Virus record (IMG/VR): IMGVR_UViG_3300043932_000067
Location: 1-39,169 of that record
Reading direction: 5' to 3' (one strand)
Source of the DNA: a virus
Lineage: Duplodnaviria; Caudoviricetes
DNA length: 39,169 bases
The position numbers and the translations under genes are program-made. Of this stretch, positions 1-7,428 are shown one piece after another (the stretch's first letter is position 1; the number at the start of each line of letters is the position of its first letter). Below the pieces are notes generated by a model. That model was not told the DNA's origin. It searched no databases and was given only the letters and a program-made list of their open reading frames with translations.

Positions 1-524
1 ACCCGGCCGACTGCGTAGAGGTGTGTAACCACTGCCCAGCGCTTGCCGCCTGCCGGGCGTGGACCCTCACCCTCACCGGAGGGGCGCGACCCCATGACCT
101 GGTGCAAGGAGGTTTGCACTTCGACTCCCACGGCCGCATCACCCGCGTGACGCCTGGCATCAAGGCACCGCTGAAACCCGGCCAGCGAGGGCCGAGGCTG
201 TCCACTCACTGCCGAAACGGGCACGAGTACACGCCGGAGAACACGGCATATCAGCGCAAGGGCACCGGGAACGTCACCAGGTCGTGCAAGGCGTGCAAGG
301 CAGAGCAGAACAAGCGCAAGTACGCGAAGTTGGCGGCGCGCGCGAAGGAATCAGGACGAACCCCCAAGGAGCAGCGACTAGCCGAGGGCGGCACCCAAAT
401 CAAACTGTCGGACGCCTGCAAGAACGGGCACCAATTCACGGCCACCAACACCGAGCACGACTCGCGGGGCCGTCGAATCTGCCTCGCCTGCCGGGCTATG
501 AGACGTGAGCGGTGGGTGGCATGA
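1..524 (+). CDS. WhiB-like Cys-cluster protein fused to two CxxGH..NT..RxCxxC zinc-binding repeats (5'-truncated by the window edge)
   Basis: Frame is open from the window start: ..DCVEVCNHCPALAACRAW...DLVQGG resembles the WhiB CxxCPxxxxC...G(V/I)WGG pattern. It is followed by HCRNGHEYTPENT..RSCKAC and ACKNGHQFTATNT..RICLAC. Confidence 0.65.
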   Translation, partial: PADCVEVCNHCPALAACRAWTLTLTGGARPHDLVQGGLHFDSHGRITRVTPGIKAPLKPGQRGPRLSTHCRNGHEYTPENTAYQRKGTGNVTRSCKACKAEQNKRKYAKLAARAKESGRTPKEQRLAEGGTQIKLSDACKNGHQFTATNTEHDSRGRRICLACRAMRRERWVA

Positions 525-892
525 GCGAGGCAGTGCAGGAATCGCTATTCGGTGACATCGCTCCAGCCACGCAACCACCGGAGGAGTCGCCACTCGGCCA
601 GGCGCGCCCGGTCACCACCGACGGACCGGTGCTCGCCGAGCTGCGCATCATCGCCGCCCAGATGTGGACCATCGCCACCTGGGCCGATCACATCATCGCC
701 GCCGTCAAGGAGTACCCGGCGCCCCGGGACCTGCCCAGCGTCCCCGACGACATCGAGGCCGCCATCCTCCGTGGCCGTCTTGCATGGCGCGGACTCATGG
801 ACCGCGAGGCCACCCTCGACAGCCTCGGAGCGCTCGACGCCATGAACCTGCACAGCAGGGACGGCGACCCCACACCACAGGAGGACGAATGA
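521..892 (+). CDS. hypothetical phage protein
   Basis: ATGA start/stop overlap with the upstream gene (ATG 521) and with the downstream gene. Confidence 0.7.
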   Translation: MSEAVQESLFGDIAPATQPPEESPLGQARPVTTDGPVLAELRIIAAQMWTIATWADHIIAAVKEYPAPRDLPSVPDDIEAAILRGRLAWRGLMDREATLDSLGALDAMNLHSRDGDPTPQEDE

Positions 893-1287
893 GCCACGAC
901 CGAATCACATTCACCATCGGCAAGACCTTGTGGCTCACCTCGAATCGCCCGATCTCCAATCGCGGATATCTCCAGCGAGTCAGGAATGACCTCCACCAGA
1001 TGGCCGCCTTTGAGGCACGGCGGCAGGGCCTCGCGCGATGGTCGGCACCCGTCCTCGCATGCTGGACGGTGCGCTACCCGAAAGGAGTGCGCGCCGACAA
1101 AGGCGAGGCCAGCAACGCCCAACCGACCACCAAGGCGCTGCTCGACGGCCTCGTGCAGGCAGGATATTTGCCCGACGACGGCCCCCACTGGGTGACCGCA
1201 GAGCACTTCCGGCGCGGCAACAATCTCACCGAGCCGTCAATCCATCAGATCGAGCTTCTGCTCACCGACCAGGCGGTGCCATTTTGA
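889..1287 (+). CDS. rusA: RusA-like Holliday junction resolvase
   Basis: RBS GGAGGA and ATG at 889 overlapping the upstream stop. The motif SNAQPTTKALLDGLVQAGYLPDD matches the RusA D-x-x-N..K...D.L..AG...DD pattern. Confidence 0.7.
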   Translation: MSHDRITFTIGKTLWLTSNRPISNRGYLQRVRNDLHQMAAFEARRQGLARWSAPVLACWTVRYPKGVRADKGEASNAQPTTKALLDGLVQAGYLPDDGPHWVTAEHFRRGNNLTEPSIHQIELLLTDQAVPF

Positions 1288-1333
1288 GCACGGGAGAGGA
1301 GGGCATTTCAATGGATTCGCGGTGTAATTGCGA

Positions 1334-1410
1334 TATCATGAAAACGGCCCCGGAGGTGCGTCAACACCAGCCGGAGCCTGACCACAACGATCTGAAGAGG
1401 AGATCAGTCA
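1334..1410 (+). promoter_or_regulatory. putative -10 box (TATCAT) plus structured 5' leader that sequesters the RBS
   Basis: TATCAT at 1334-1339. Stem GGCCCCGG-a-GGTG/CACC-ag-CCGGAGCC at 1346-1378. Second stem GATCT/AGATC (1388-1405) around the GAAGAGG RBS. Confidence 0.45.
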
Positions 1411-1559
1411 TGGCTGAGGATCACTCTATCCCCACCTGCCCCACGTGCGGGGCACCATCCACCAGGACGGTGGAGTATCTGCGCGACCGGAGATGGCCGG
1501 AGAGCTACCACGTGTGCCCGCGCGGTCACGCATGGATCACCAGGGCCGGTGCGCGATGA
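1410..1559 (+). CDS. small zinc-ribbon protein (49 aa)
   Basis: RBS GAGGAG and ATG 1410. Contains CPTC and HVCPRGH motifs. Stop overlaps the next start (ATGA). Confidence 0.65.
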   Translation: MAEDHSIPTCPTCGAPSTRTVEYLRDRRWPESYHVCPRGHAWITRAGAR

Positions 1560-2302
1560 CCCGCAGCAAGGATCGGCGATTCTTCGCGCGGTTCGCACTC
1601 GACTACCTCCAGAACCCCAAGGTCAGCCGCCTGTATCGCACCGCCCGCAAGACCTACGGGCTCGACGGCCAGCAACTCGCAGACCAGGCCGTCATCGCAC
1701 ACATGGCGTCCGTGCTCTACAGCCGCTCCAGTCTCACCGATGGGGAGCTGTTCCCAGAGGATGCCTTCTCGATTGCCCGCACTCGCGACCGGGATGCCGT
1801 CGATGAACTGCTGCTCGATGTCGGGCTGTGGGAGGAGGACGGAGACGGGCGCCGCGTGCACGACTACTCCGAGCACCAGGACCTCAAGGCAGACGTGGAA
1901 CGCAGGTCTGAGGCGAGCGCCAAGGCCAATCGTGCCCGCTGGTCCGCCACGCATTCCGGTTCGGAGTCCGGATCGGATACCAGACCGCAGTCCGGTTCGG
2001 ACTCCAGAGGAGAGGAGAGGAGAGGAGAGGAAAGTGGTGGGTCCGGAAAGCGTCGAGCAACCCGTCTGCGCGACGACTGGGAGCCCTCCACTGACAGCCC
2101 CGCCAACCGGCGGGCCGTCGAGAAGCATTCGAGGCAGTGGCTCGACAACGAGCTGACGAAGTTCCGGAACTACTGGACGTCGCAGCCCGATTCCAGGGCG
2201 CGCAAGACCAACTGGGATCGCACCTGGCAGAACTGGGTCCTCAACTCAAGAACCCCAGATGAACAGATGCCGCAGGGCAGAGAGGTGGAGTACTGGGGAT
2301 GA
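1556..2302 (+). CDS. phage replication initiator protein (lambda O/replisome-organiser-like)
   Basis: N-terminal FARF..DY..NPKV and GLWE....VHDY.EHQ, a low-complexity linker EERRGEE, and C-terminal KFRNYW...KTNWDRTWQNW. Lies directly upstream of a helicase. Confidence 0.75.
   Translation: MTRSKDRRFFARFALDYLQNPKVSRLYRTARKTYGLDGQQLADQAVIAHMASVLYSRSSLTDGELFPEDAFSIARTRDRDAVDELLLDVGLWEEDGDGRRVHDYSEHQDLKADVERRSEASAKANRARWSATHSGSESGSDTRPQSGSDSRGEERRGEESGGSGKRRATRLRDDWEPSTDSPANRRAVEKHSRQWLDNELTKFRNYWTSQPDSRARKTNWDRTWQNWVLNSRTPDEQMPQGREVEYWG
1955..2030. repeat. iteron-like repeats TCCGGWTCGGA x3 (12-bp register) plus (AGAGG)5; candidate replication origin
   Basis: Copies at 1955-1965, 1967-1977 and 1991-2001, with a degenerate copy at 1979-1989. 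AGAGG x5 at 2006-2030. All lie inside the initiator gene. Confidence 0.55.
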
Positions 2303-3474
2303 ACGCGACAGAACAGGAACTCATCGGGGTCGCCGTCATGCACCCCGGCGTGACAGGCGAGCAGCACCTCGACGGATCAGACTTCGACTCCCCGCAGCTC
2401 GGCATCATCTGGGACACCATCCGGGCGCTGACCGCCAAGCGGATCCAGCCGACGCCGGCGACGCTCATCTCCGAGAATCCGAACGTCGACACATCGCTGC
2501 TGGTCGAATGCTCAGGGCTCGGTATCCCGGCAAACGCCAAGATCTACGCGGACGAGATCCGCGCGGCAGCATTCGCCCGCGACCTTGACGGGAAGCTCGC
2601 CAGGGCCCACCAGCTCATCGGTGAGGGCGCATCACCGGCTGACGTGCTGGCAGACCTCACAGCGGTCAGGCCGCCAATGGACAAGAAGCCCGAGGCCATG
2701 GACGCCGACGACTTCATCCACCAGCAGCTCCCGGCCGAGGAGTGGATCGTCAACGGGCTCATCGCTCGCGGAGACCGGCTCATCCTGACCGGCGAGGAGG
2801 GCGTCGGCAAGAGCGTGTGCCTCCGCCAGATCGCCGTCTGCGCGGCCGCCGGCGTCCATCCGTTCACCGGCGACGTCAGCCCGGTGCGCAGGGTGCTGTA
2901 CGTCGACCTGGAGAACCCCAACCGCATCATGATCCGGTCATTCGCCTCGATCATGAACCCGCTGCACCTCCAGTCGCGCATCCCGCTCCGGATCGCCAGA
3001 TTCCCCCAGGGCATGGACCTCACCAAAACCCCAGACCGGCTCACGCTGCGTCAGCTCATCGCCGACAATGCCCCCGATCTGCTGGTCATCGGCCCGATCT
3101 ACAAGATGTTCGTGGGCGGGGCTGCGCAGAAGGAGGAGGACCTGGCGCGGTCTGTCACCGCGTGCCTCGACAGTCTGCGCGAGGAGTTCGGGTTCGCGCT
3201 GGCGATGGAGCATCACGCCCCGCACCGCCAACAGGGGTTCTCCAACCGTGACCTGCGCCCCATCGGGTCGAGCCTGTGGCTGCGCTGGCCGGAGTTCGGG
3301 CTGGGGCTCGCGAAGGGTGAGGGATTCGACCCGGAGCGGAATCGCATCGTCGACGTCAAGCACTGGCGCGGCGACCGCGACACCCGCCCATGGCCTGCAC
3401 ACCTAGAACAGGGCTCGATCCTCCCGTGGATCGGCACCGACCGCGACGGCTCGATGCTCAGGAGGTCGGCATGA
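2299..3474 (+). CDS. DnaB-like / AAA_25 replicative helicase
   Basis: DnaB N-terminal-like start (EQELIG...DFDSP...IWDTIRAL), Walker A GEEGVGKS, VLYVDLEN, and Walker B-like DLLVIGP. Confidence 0.85.
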   Translation: MNATEQELIGVAVMHPGVTGEQHLDGSDFDSPQLGIIWDTIRALTAKRIQPTPATLISENPNVDTSLLVECSGLGIPANAKIYADEIRAAAFARDLDGKLARAHQLIGEGASPADVLADLTAVRPPMDKKPEAMDADDFIHQQLPAEEWIVNGLIARGDRLILTGEEGVGKSVCLRQIAVCAAAGVHPFTGDVSPVRRVLYVDLENPNRIMIRSFASIMNPLHLQSRIPLRIARFPQGMDLTKTPDRLTLRQLIADNAPDLLVIGPIYKMFVGGAAQKEEDLARSVTACLDSLREEFGFALAMEHHAPHRQQGFSNRDLRPIGSSLWLRWPEFGLGLAKGEGFDPERNRIVDVKHWRGDRDTRPWPAHLEQGSILPWIGTDRDGSMLRRSA

Positions 3475-3683
3475 CCGGCGACAGTTGGCCGCCCCAGCCT
3501 GCCTGGTGGGTCGACGGCACTGACCCGCCCGACACTGATCCGCTCTGGCCTGACCCCCCTGATGCCAGCCATCCGGACAGAACCGGGCCAAGGACTGTTC
3601 ACGGGCCACGAACCACACACCAGGACACCCCCACCGATCCCAGCGCCTCTGCAAGCGCTTTCCCGAAGGAGAACCGATCATGA
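3471..3683 (+). CDS. hypothetical Pro-rich protein
   Basis: RBS AGGAGG and ATG 3471 overlapping the helicase stop. Its stop overlaps the next start. Confidence 0.5.
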   Translation: MTGDSWPPQPAWWVDGTDPPDTDPLWPDPPDASHPDRTGPRTVHGPRTTHQDTPTDPSASASAFPKENRS

Positions 3684-4129
3684 GCAGTCACCGCATCCAG
3701 CCCGAGCCCAGGGTCGTCATCCGCAGATTCATGACCCACGTGATCGCCCAGCTCAAGCCGCTGGTGCCGATCATCCAGAAAGCCATGGAGGCGAAGCACG
3801 AGCAGCGGCAGCTGATCACCCTGTGGTCACCCGACCCGCCGTCCATGCCAGCAGGCCACGTCTGGACGCTGCCCGGTGTCGGCACGTCGAAGCTCTCCCG
3901 GGCACTCTGGTGGTGCGAACCGGGCAACCTGCGCGACAACGCGACGGTGGCTTGCCTGGCCAACGCGAGACAGTACGAACCGATTCCGGGATGGAAGCCC
4001 TCGACGCCGACAAGAGTCAGGATCTTCGACCGTGACGGAGCTCTCATCGGGGAGTCCGGTGAGCCAGAGCTGATCACGTCTCAGTCCGCAGAGGACCAGC
4101 GCGCGCACGAGGAGGACGCCGATGACTGA
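3680..4129 (+). CDS. hypothetical protein
   Basis: RBS AAGGAG, and translational coupling on both sides. Confidence 0.7.
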   Translation: MSSHRIQPEPRVVIRRFMTHVIAQLKPLVPIIQKAMEAKHEQRQLITLWSPDPPSMPAGHVWTLPGVGTSKLSRALWWCEPGNLRDNATVACLANARQYEPIPGWKPSTPTRVRIFDRDGALIGESGEPELITSQSAEDQRAHEEDADD

Positions 4130-4928
4130 CCACACCAGCTGGGGCCCTGACGAGTGGATCGACCCCTACGCCCCCGTCGACCGGCTCCGCCAGATGCCGC
4201 TCCTCGCAGCGCAGGCACGCCTCCTCGGCCAGACCCGCAACCCATCCGGCGACCGACGATCACAGACCCACGCGGCCCCCGGCTCGCGGCCCGCTGCACG
4301 GCTCGATCTCATCGACGTGGCCGACGACACCACCGAGGCGCACGGGGAGCTGAGGACCCTGATTCTGTGGTGCTCACGGCCAATCTGGGAAGGGGTCGAC
4401 CTTGAGACCCGGCAGGCGCATCCGCAGCCGCTCGGCACACCCACATGGGAGACCGAGACCGAATGGCTCGCCGGCATCTGGCAGACGTCGAGGGCACAGC
4501 TGGACGAGGTGGAGCTCGACATGACCAAGATGACGCTGGACGACACCTACCGGGAACTGTGCAAGGCTGTGGGGCTGTCGACACCGAAGCGGATTCCGTG
4601 CCCTCATGACGGCTGCCAGTCGCATCTCATGGCAGATGGCGACATGATGGTCTGCGAGGCCACCAGGTGGAAGCCCTTCAAGCATGAGTACGACGGGCCC
4701 GAGAGGCTCATGGCTAAATGGATGTCGGCCGGTCCGATGACCGCCTCAGATCTGGCCGCCGAGCGGTTCCCGGTCAATCGCAAGATGCTGTCGAAGTGGG
4801 CAGAGCGGCACAAGATCAAGCCTGCCGAGAAGGGCGGGAAGGGTCGTCCTGACCTGTACCGGCCGCGCGACGTCATCGCCGTCTTGTGGCCCGATACCAT
4901 CGATGGCATGACAAGGGACGCGGCATGA
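4122..4928 (+). CDS. zinc-ribbon plus C-terminal HTH DNA-binding protein; probable late transcription regulator
   Basis: CPHDGC...C motif and a C-terminal MTASDLAA...VNRKMLSKWAERHKI...LYRPRDV HTH. Sits near the end of the early arm, just upstream of the terminase operon. Confidence 0.7.
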   Translation: MTDHTSWGPDEWIDPYAPVDRLRQMPLLAAQARLLGQTRNPSGDRRSQTHAAPGSRPAARLDLIDVADDTTEAHGELRTLILWCSRPIWEGVDLETRQAHPQPLGTPTWETETEWLAGIWQTSRAQLDEVELDMTKMTLDDTYRELCKAVGLSTPKRIPCPHDGCQSHLMADGDMMVCEATRWKPFKHEYDGPERLMAKWMSAGPMTASDLAAERFPVNRKMLSKWAERHKIKPAEKGGKGRPDLYRPRDVIAVLWPDTIDGMTRDAA

Positions 4929-5200
4929 GATACAAGAACCCGCTTAGCGGATCCGATCCGATGAAGCTATACGACCAGCTGCGCAAAGGTTTCCACAGGG
5001 ATGGCGAACCTCCCATCCATGTCGACAACGGACTCATCACGCTCCCGATCTGGGAGGACGCTGAGATGGTCATGGAACGCGCTCGGTGCGATGGCATCCA
5101 CCCGGATCTCATCATCGGGTCAGGCCATGGCAGGAAGAAGCTCGTCCTGTGGCGCGAGTCAGAAGTCCACCCATACGCCACATGGCACCGAAAGTCCTGA
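4925..5200 (+). CDS. hypothetical protein
   Basis: ATG 4925 overlaps the upstream TGA; 91 aa. Confidence 0.6.
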   Translation: MRYKNPLSGSDPMKLYDQLRKGFHRDGEPPIHVDNGLITLPIWEDAEMVMERARCDGIHPDLIIGSGHGRKKLVLWRESEVHPYATWHRKS

Positions 5201-5205
5201 TTGTC

Positions 5206-5214
5206 TGCTAGAGT
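5206..5214 (+). promoter_or_regulatory. putative extended -10 late promoter (TGcTAGAGT)
   Basis: TGn-TAnnnT pattern immediately upstream of the hairpin array and late operon. No clear -35, which fits an activator-dependent promoter. Confidence 0.45.
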
Positions 5215-5215
5215 G

Positions 5216-5640
5216 GCGACAGATCCCGGGAGAAGTGTCTCCTGGGATCGTTGCAGTTCAGGCGAGCGACAACGTCCAGGGTCGCCGCCGCAGTTGTTCA
5301 GTGAGCGCATGTGACGGCAAGGCACCGCCACCACTGCGCAGCCCCCGTCAGTGTCGAAGCTGACGGGGGCACATTCTTCCCCGCCCATGAGCGCGTGCGA
5401 CGTCGTCAACCGAGCACCGAGGGCGGGGACATCGTGGCCAGTCGCGGAGCAACTCCTTTCGGGCTCCCCCACTGCGCGGACAGGGCATCCGCGACCAGCT
5501 CCCCACCTGGTGACCACATGCGGGGATCAATCCACCCGGCAGGGCAGCGCCGATCCTCGCAGGGAGCGGACACCACACAGGGGCGACGGCGTCCCTGCCG
5601 GGAGGCACACGTCAACGATTCCCGACACGGGGGTCGCAGT
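5216..5640 (+). ncRNA. candidate large structured ncRNA / late-operon 5' leader with ~9 consecutive stem-loops
   Basis: Complementary arms at 5222-5233/5238-5249, 5261-5270/5281-5289, 5289-5294/5333-5338, 5341-5351/5360-5370, 5378-5386/5421-5429, 5441-5448/5488-5495, 5500-5504/5522-5526, 5535-5544/5593-5602 and within 5616-5636. No credible CDS. Confidence 0.55.
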
Positions 5641-5669
5641 CCAGAATCATCTACATCGCGGGAGGAGCC

Positions 5670-6197
5670 ATGGCCGCGAGTAAGAGCGGCCATCCCCGCA
5701 AGCTCACCCCTGCTAAGCGGCGCCAGATCGTCGAGCTGGCAGAGCAGGGAGTCGGGCGCAACGAGATAGCACGCCGACTCAACATCCGCCCGGCAGATGT
5801 CACAGCGGTCGTCAACGACGCCGGCCTGTCCTTCAATCGGTCAGCTACCGAGAAGGCCGTCAGGGCGCACAAGATCGACCTCGCAGCACGCAGGGCCAGC
5901 CAGCTGGAGCGCATCTACGACGCCGTCGACCAGACCCTCGACCGGCTGGAGGACAGGTCGCCGCTCTCGCTCCTCAAGGGCGAGGGTGGGGTCGAGTCCG
6001 AGGTGCCCGTCTCCCTGATCCCGGCGCGCGACCTCCTCCAGATCTCCAACAGCCTGGCCGCCCAGCGTAAGGCCGCCTCGGATCTGGAGCGCATCGACAA
6101 CCCGGCCGCCGAGTCTGCGGCCTCGCTGCTGACCAACCTGGCCGGGCGCCTCGGGATCGACGATCAGGCCGAGCCGACCGGGGCCACCGATGGGTGA
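5670..6197 (+). CDS. terS: terminase small subunit (N-terminal HTH)
   Basis: RBS GGAGGAG. HTH LTPAKRRQIVELAEQGVGRNEIARRLNI. Overlaps the start of the large terminase. Confidence 0.8.
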   Translation: MAASKSGHPRKLTPAKRRQIVELAEQGVGRNEIARRLNIRPADVTAVVNDAGLSFNRSATEKAVRAHKIDLAARRASQLERIYDAVDQTLDRLEDRSPLSLLKGEGGVESEVPVSLIPARDLLQISNSLAAQRKAASDLERIDNPAAESAASLLTNLAGRLGIDDQAEPTGATDG

Positions 6198-7428
6198 TGC
6201 CTTCGACCTGTCAGCCAAGCAGGAGCGGTCCATCCGCGAAGCGAGCGCCCGTGTCAACCTGTGGCACGGCAGTGTTCGGTCTGGCAAGACGATCGGGTCA
6301 CTGGTCCGCTGGCTGCTGTTCATCGCCGCAGTCCGCGATCAGTCCGGGGATCTGGTGATGTTCGGGCGCACCCGTGACTCGGTGTGGCGCAACTGCATCG
6401 GACCGTTGCAGGACGCGAGCCTGTTCGGCGACATGGCCGCCATGGTGTCCGGCAACTACGGCGCACCGACGGTCAGCATCCTCGGCCGCCGCGTCTACGT
6501 GATGGGCGCCCACGATGTCCAGGCCGAGAAGGTGCTGCGAGGCCTCACCGTGCTGGGTGCCTACGGCGACGAGGTGACCACCGTTCCGGAGGGCTTCTTC
6601 CTCCAGATGCTGGCCCGCATGTCCACCCCGATGTCGCGACTGTTCGGCACCACGAATCCGGAGGGCCCGAAGCACTGGCTGAAGGTCCTCATTGACCGCG
6701 AGATGCCCGACTGGCGCGTCGAGCACTTCACCCTCGACGACAACCCCAGCCTCACCAAGGGCTACGTGGAGTCCATCAAGCGCGAGTATGTCGGCCTGTG
6801 GTATCAGCGGTTCATCCTCGGCCGATGGGTCCAGGCGGACGGCGCCATCTACGACATGTGGGACGAGTCCGAGCATGTGGTCGACGCCAGCAGCCTTCCC
6901 GAGCTGGTGCGTTTCCCGGCGTTCGGTATCGACTACGGCACCAACCACCCGACCCGCGGCTATCTGCTGGGGGTCGCCAGACAGCCCGAGCCGTGCCTGT
7001 ACGTCGTCGCAGAGTGGGCGCCGACGATCAAGACCGACGCCGGATACTCGGCCGACCTGCGGGCATGGATGGCCTCACAGCCTCACCCCGAGTGGATCTA
7101 CTGCGACCCGGCCGCCGCGTCCTTCAAGCTCCAGCTCTTCCAGGACGGCCTCTCCAACGTCGCCGATGCGAGCAACTCAGTGCTCGACGGGATCCGCACC
7201 GTGGCCTCGATGCTTGCCACGGGTCGCCTCAAGATCTCCAGCGCATGCCGTGAACTCATCAATGAGATACCGGGCTACGTGTGGGACTCGAAGGCCGTCG
7301 AGCGTGGCATCGACGCTCCGGTGAAGCTCAACGACGACTCGTGTGACGCGATGCGCTACGCGGTCTTCTCCAGTCGCTTCGCATGGCTGCCCTATTTCCC
7401 ATCCATTCCGACCGAGGGGGTCGCGTGA
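6190..7428 (+). CDS. terL: terminase large subunit (PBSX-family-like)
   Basis: Walker A GSVRSGKT, Walker B AYGDEVT, coupling motif GTTNP, nuclease motifs GIDYG, YCDPAA and DDSCDAMRY. Confidence 0.95.
   Translation: MGDAFDLSAKQERSIREASARVNLWHGSVRSGKTIGSLVRWLLFIAAVRDQSGDLVMFGRTRDSVWRNCIGPLQDASLFGDMAAMVSGNYGAPTVSILGRRVYVMGAHDVQAEKVLRGLTVLGAYGDEVTTVPEGFFLQMLARMSTPMSRLFGTTNPEGPKHWLKVLIDREMPDWRVEHFTLDDNPSLTKGYVESIKREYVGLWYQRFILGRWVQADGAIYDMWDESEHVVDASSLPELVRFPAFGIDYGTNHPTRGYLLGVARQPEPCLYVVAEWAPTIKTDAGYSADLRAWMASQPHPEWIYCDPAAASFKLQLFQDGLSNVADASNSVLDGIRTVASMLATGRLKISSACRELINEIPGYVWDSKAVERGIDAPVKLNDDSCDAMRYAVFSSRFAWLPYFPSIPTEGVA

Noticed and set aside
2006-2030. (AGAGG)5 as a phase-variation tract
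   Set aside because: It encodes the EERRGEE linker typical of phage initiators. Slippage would destroy an essential gene.
5216-5640. tRNA cluster or CRISPR mini-array
   Set aside because: No T-loop GTTCRA or cloverleaf geometry, and no repeated identical unit with spacers.
5311-5769. ORFs across the hairpin array (5311-5769, 5351-5683, 5406-5693)
   Set aside because: No RBS, atypical codon usage and low-information translations. The region is better explained by base pairing.
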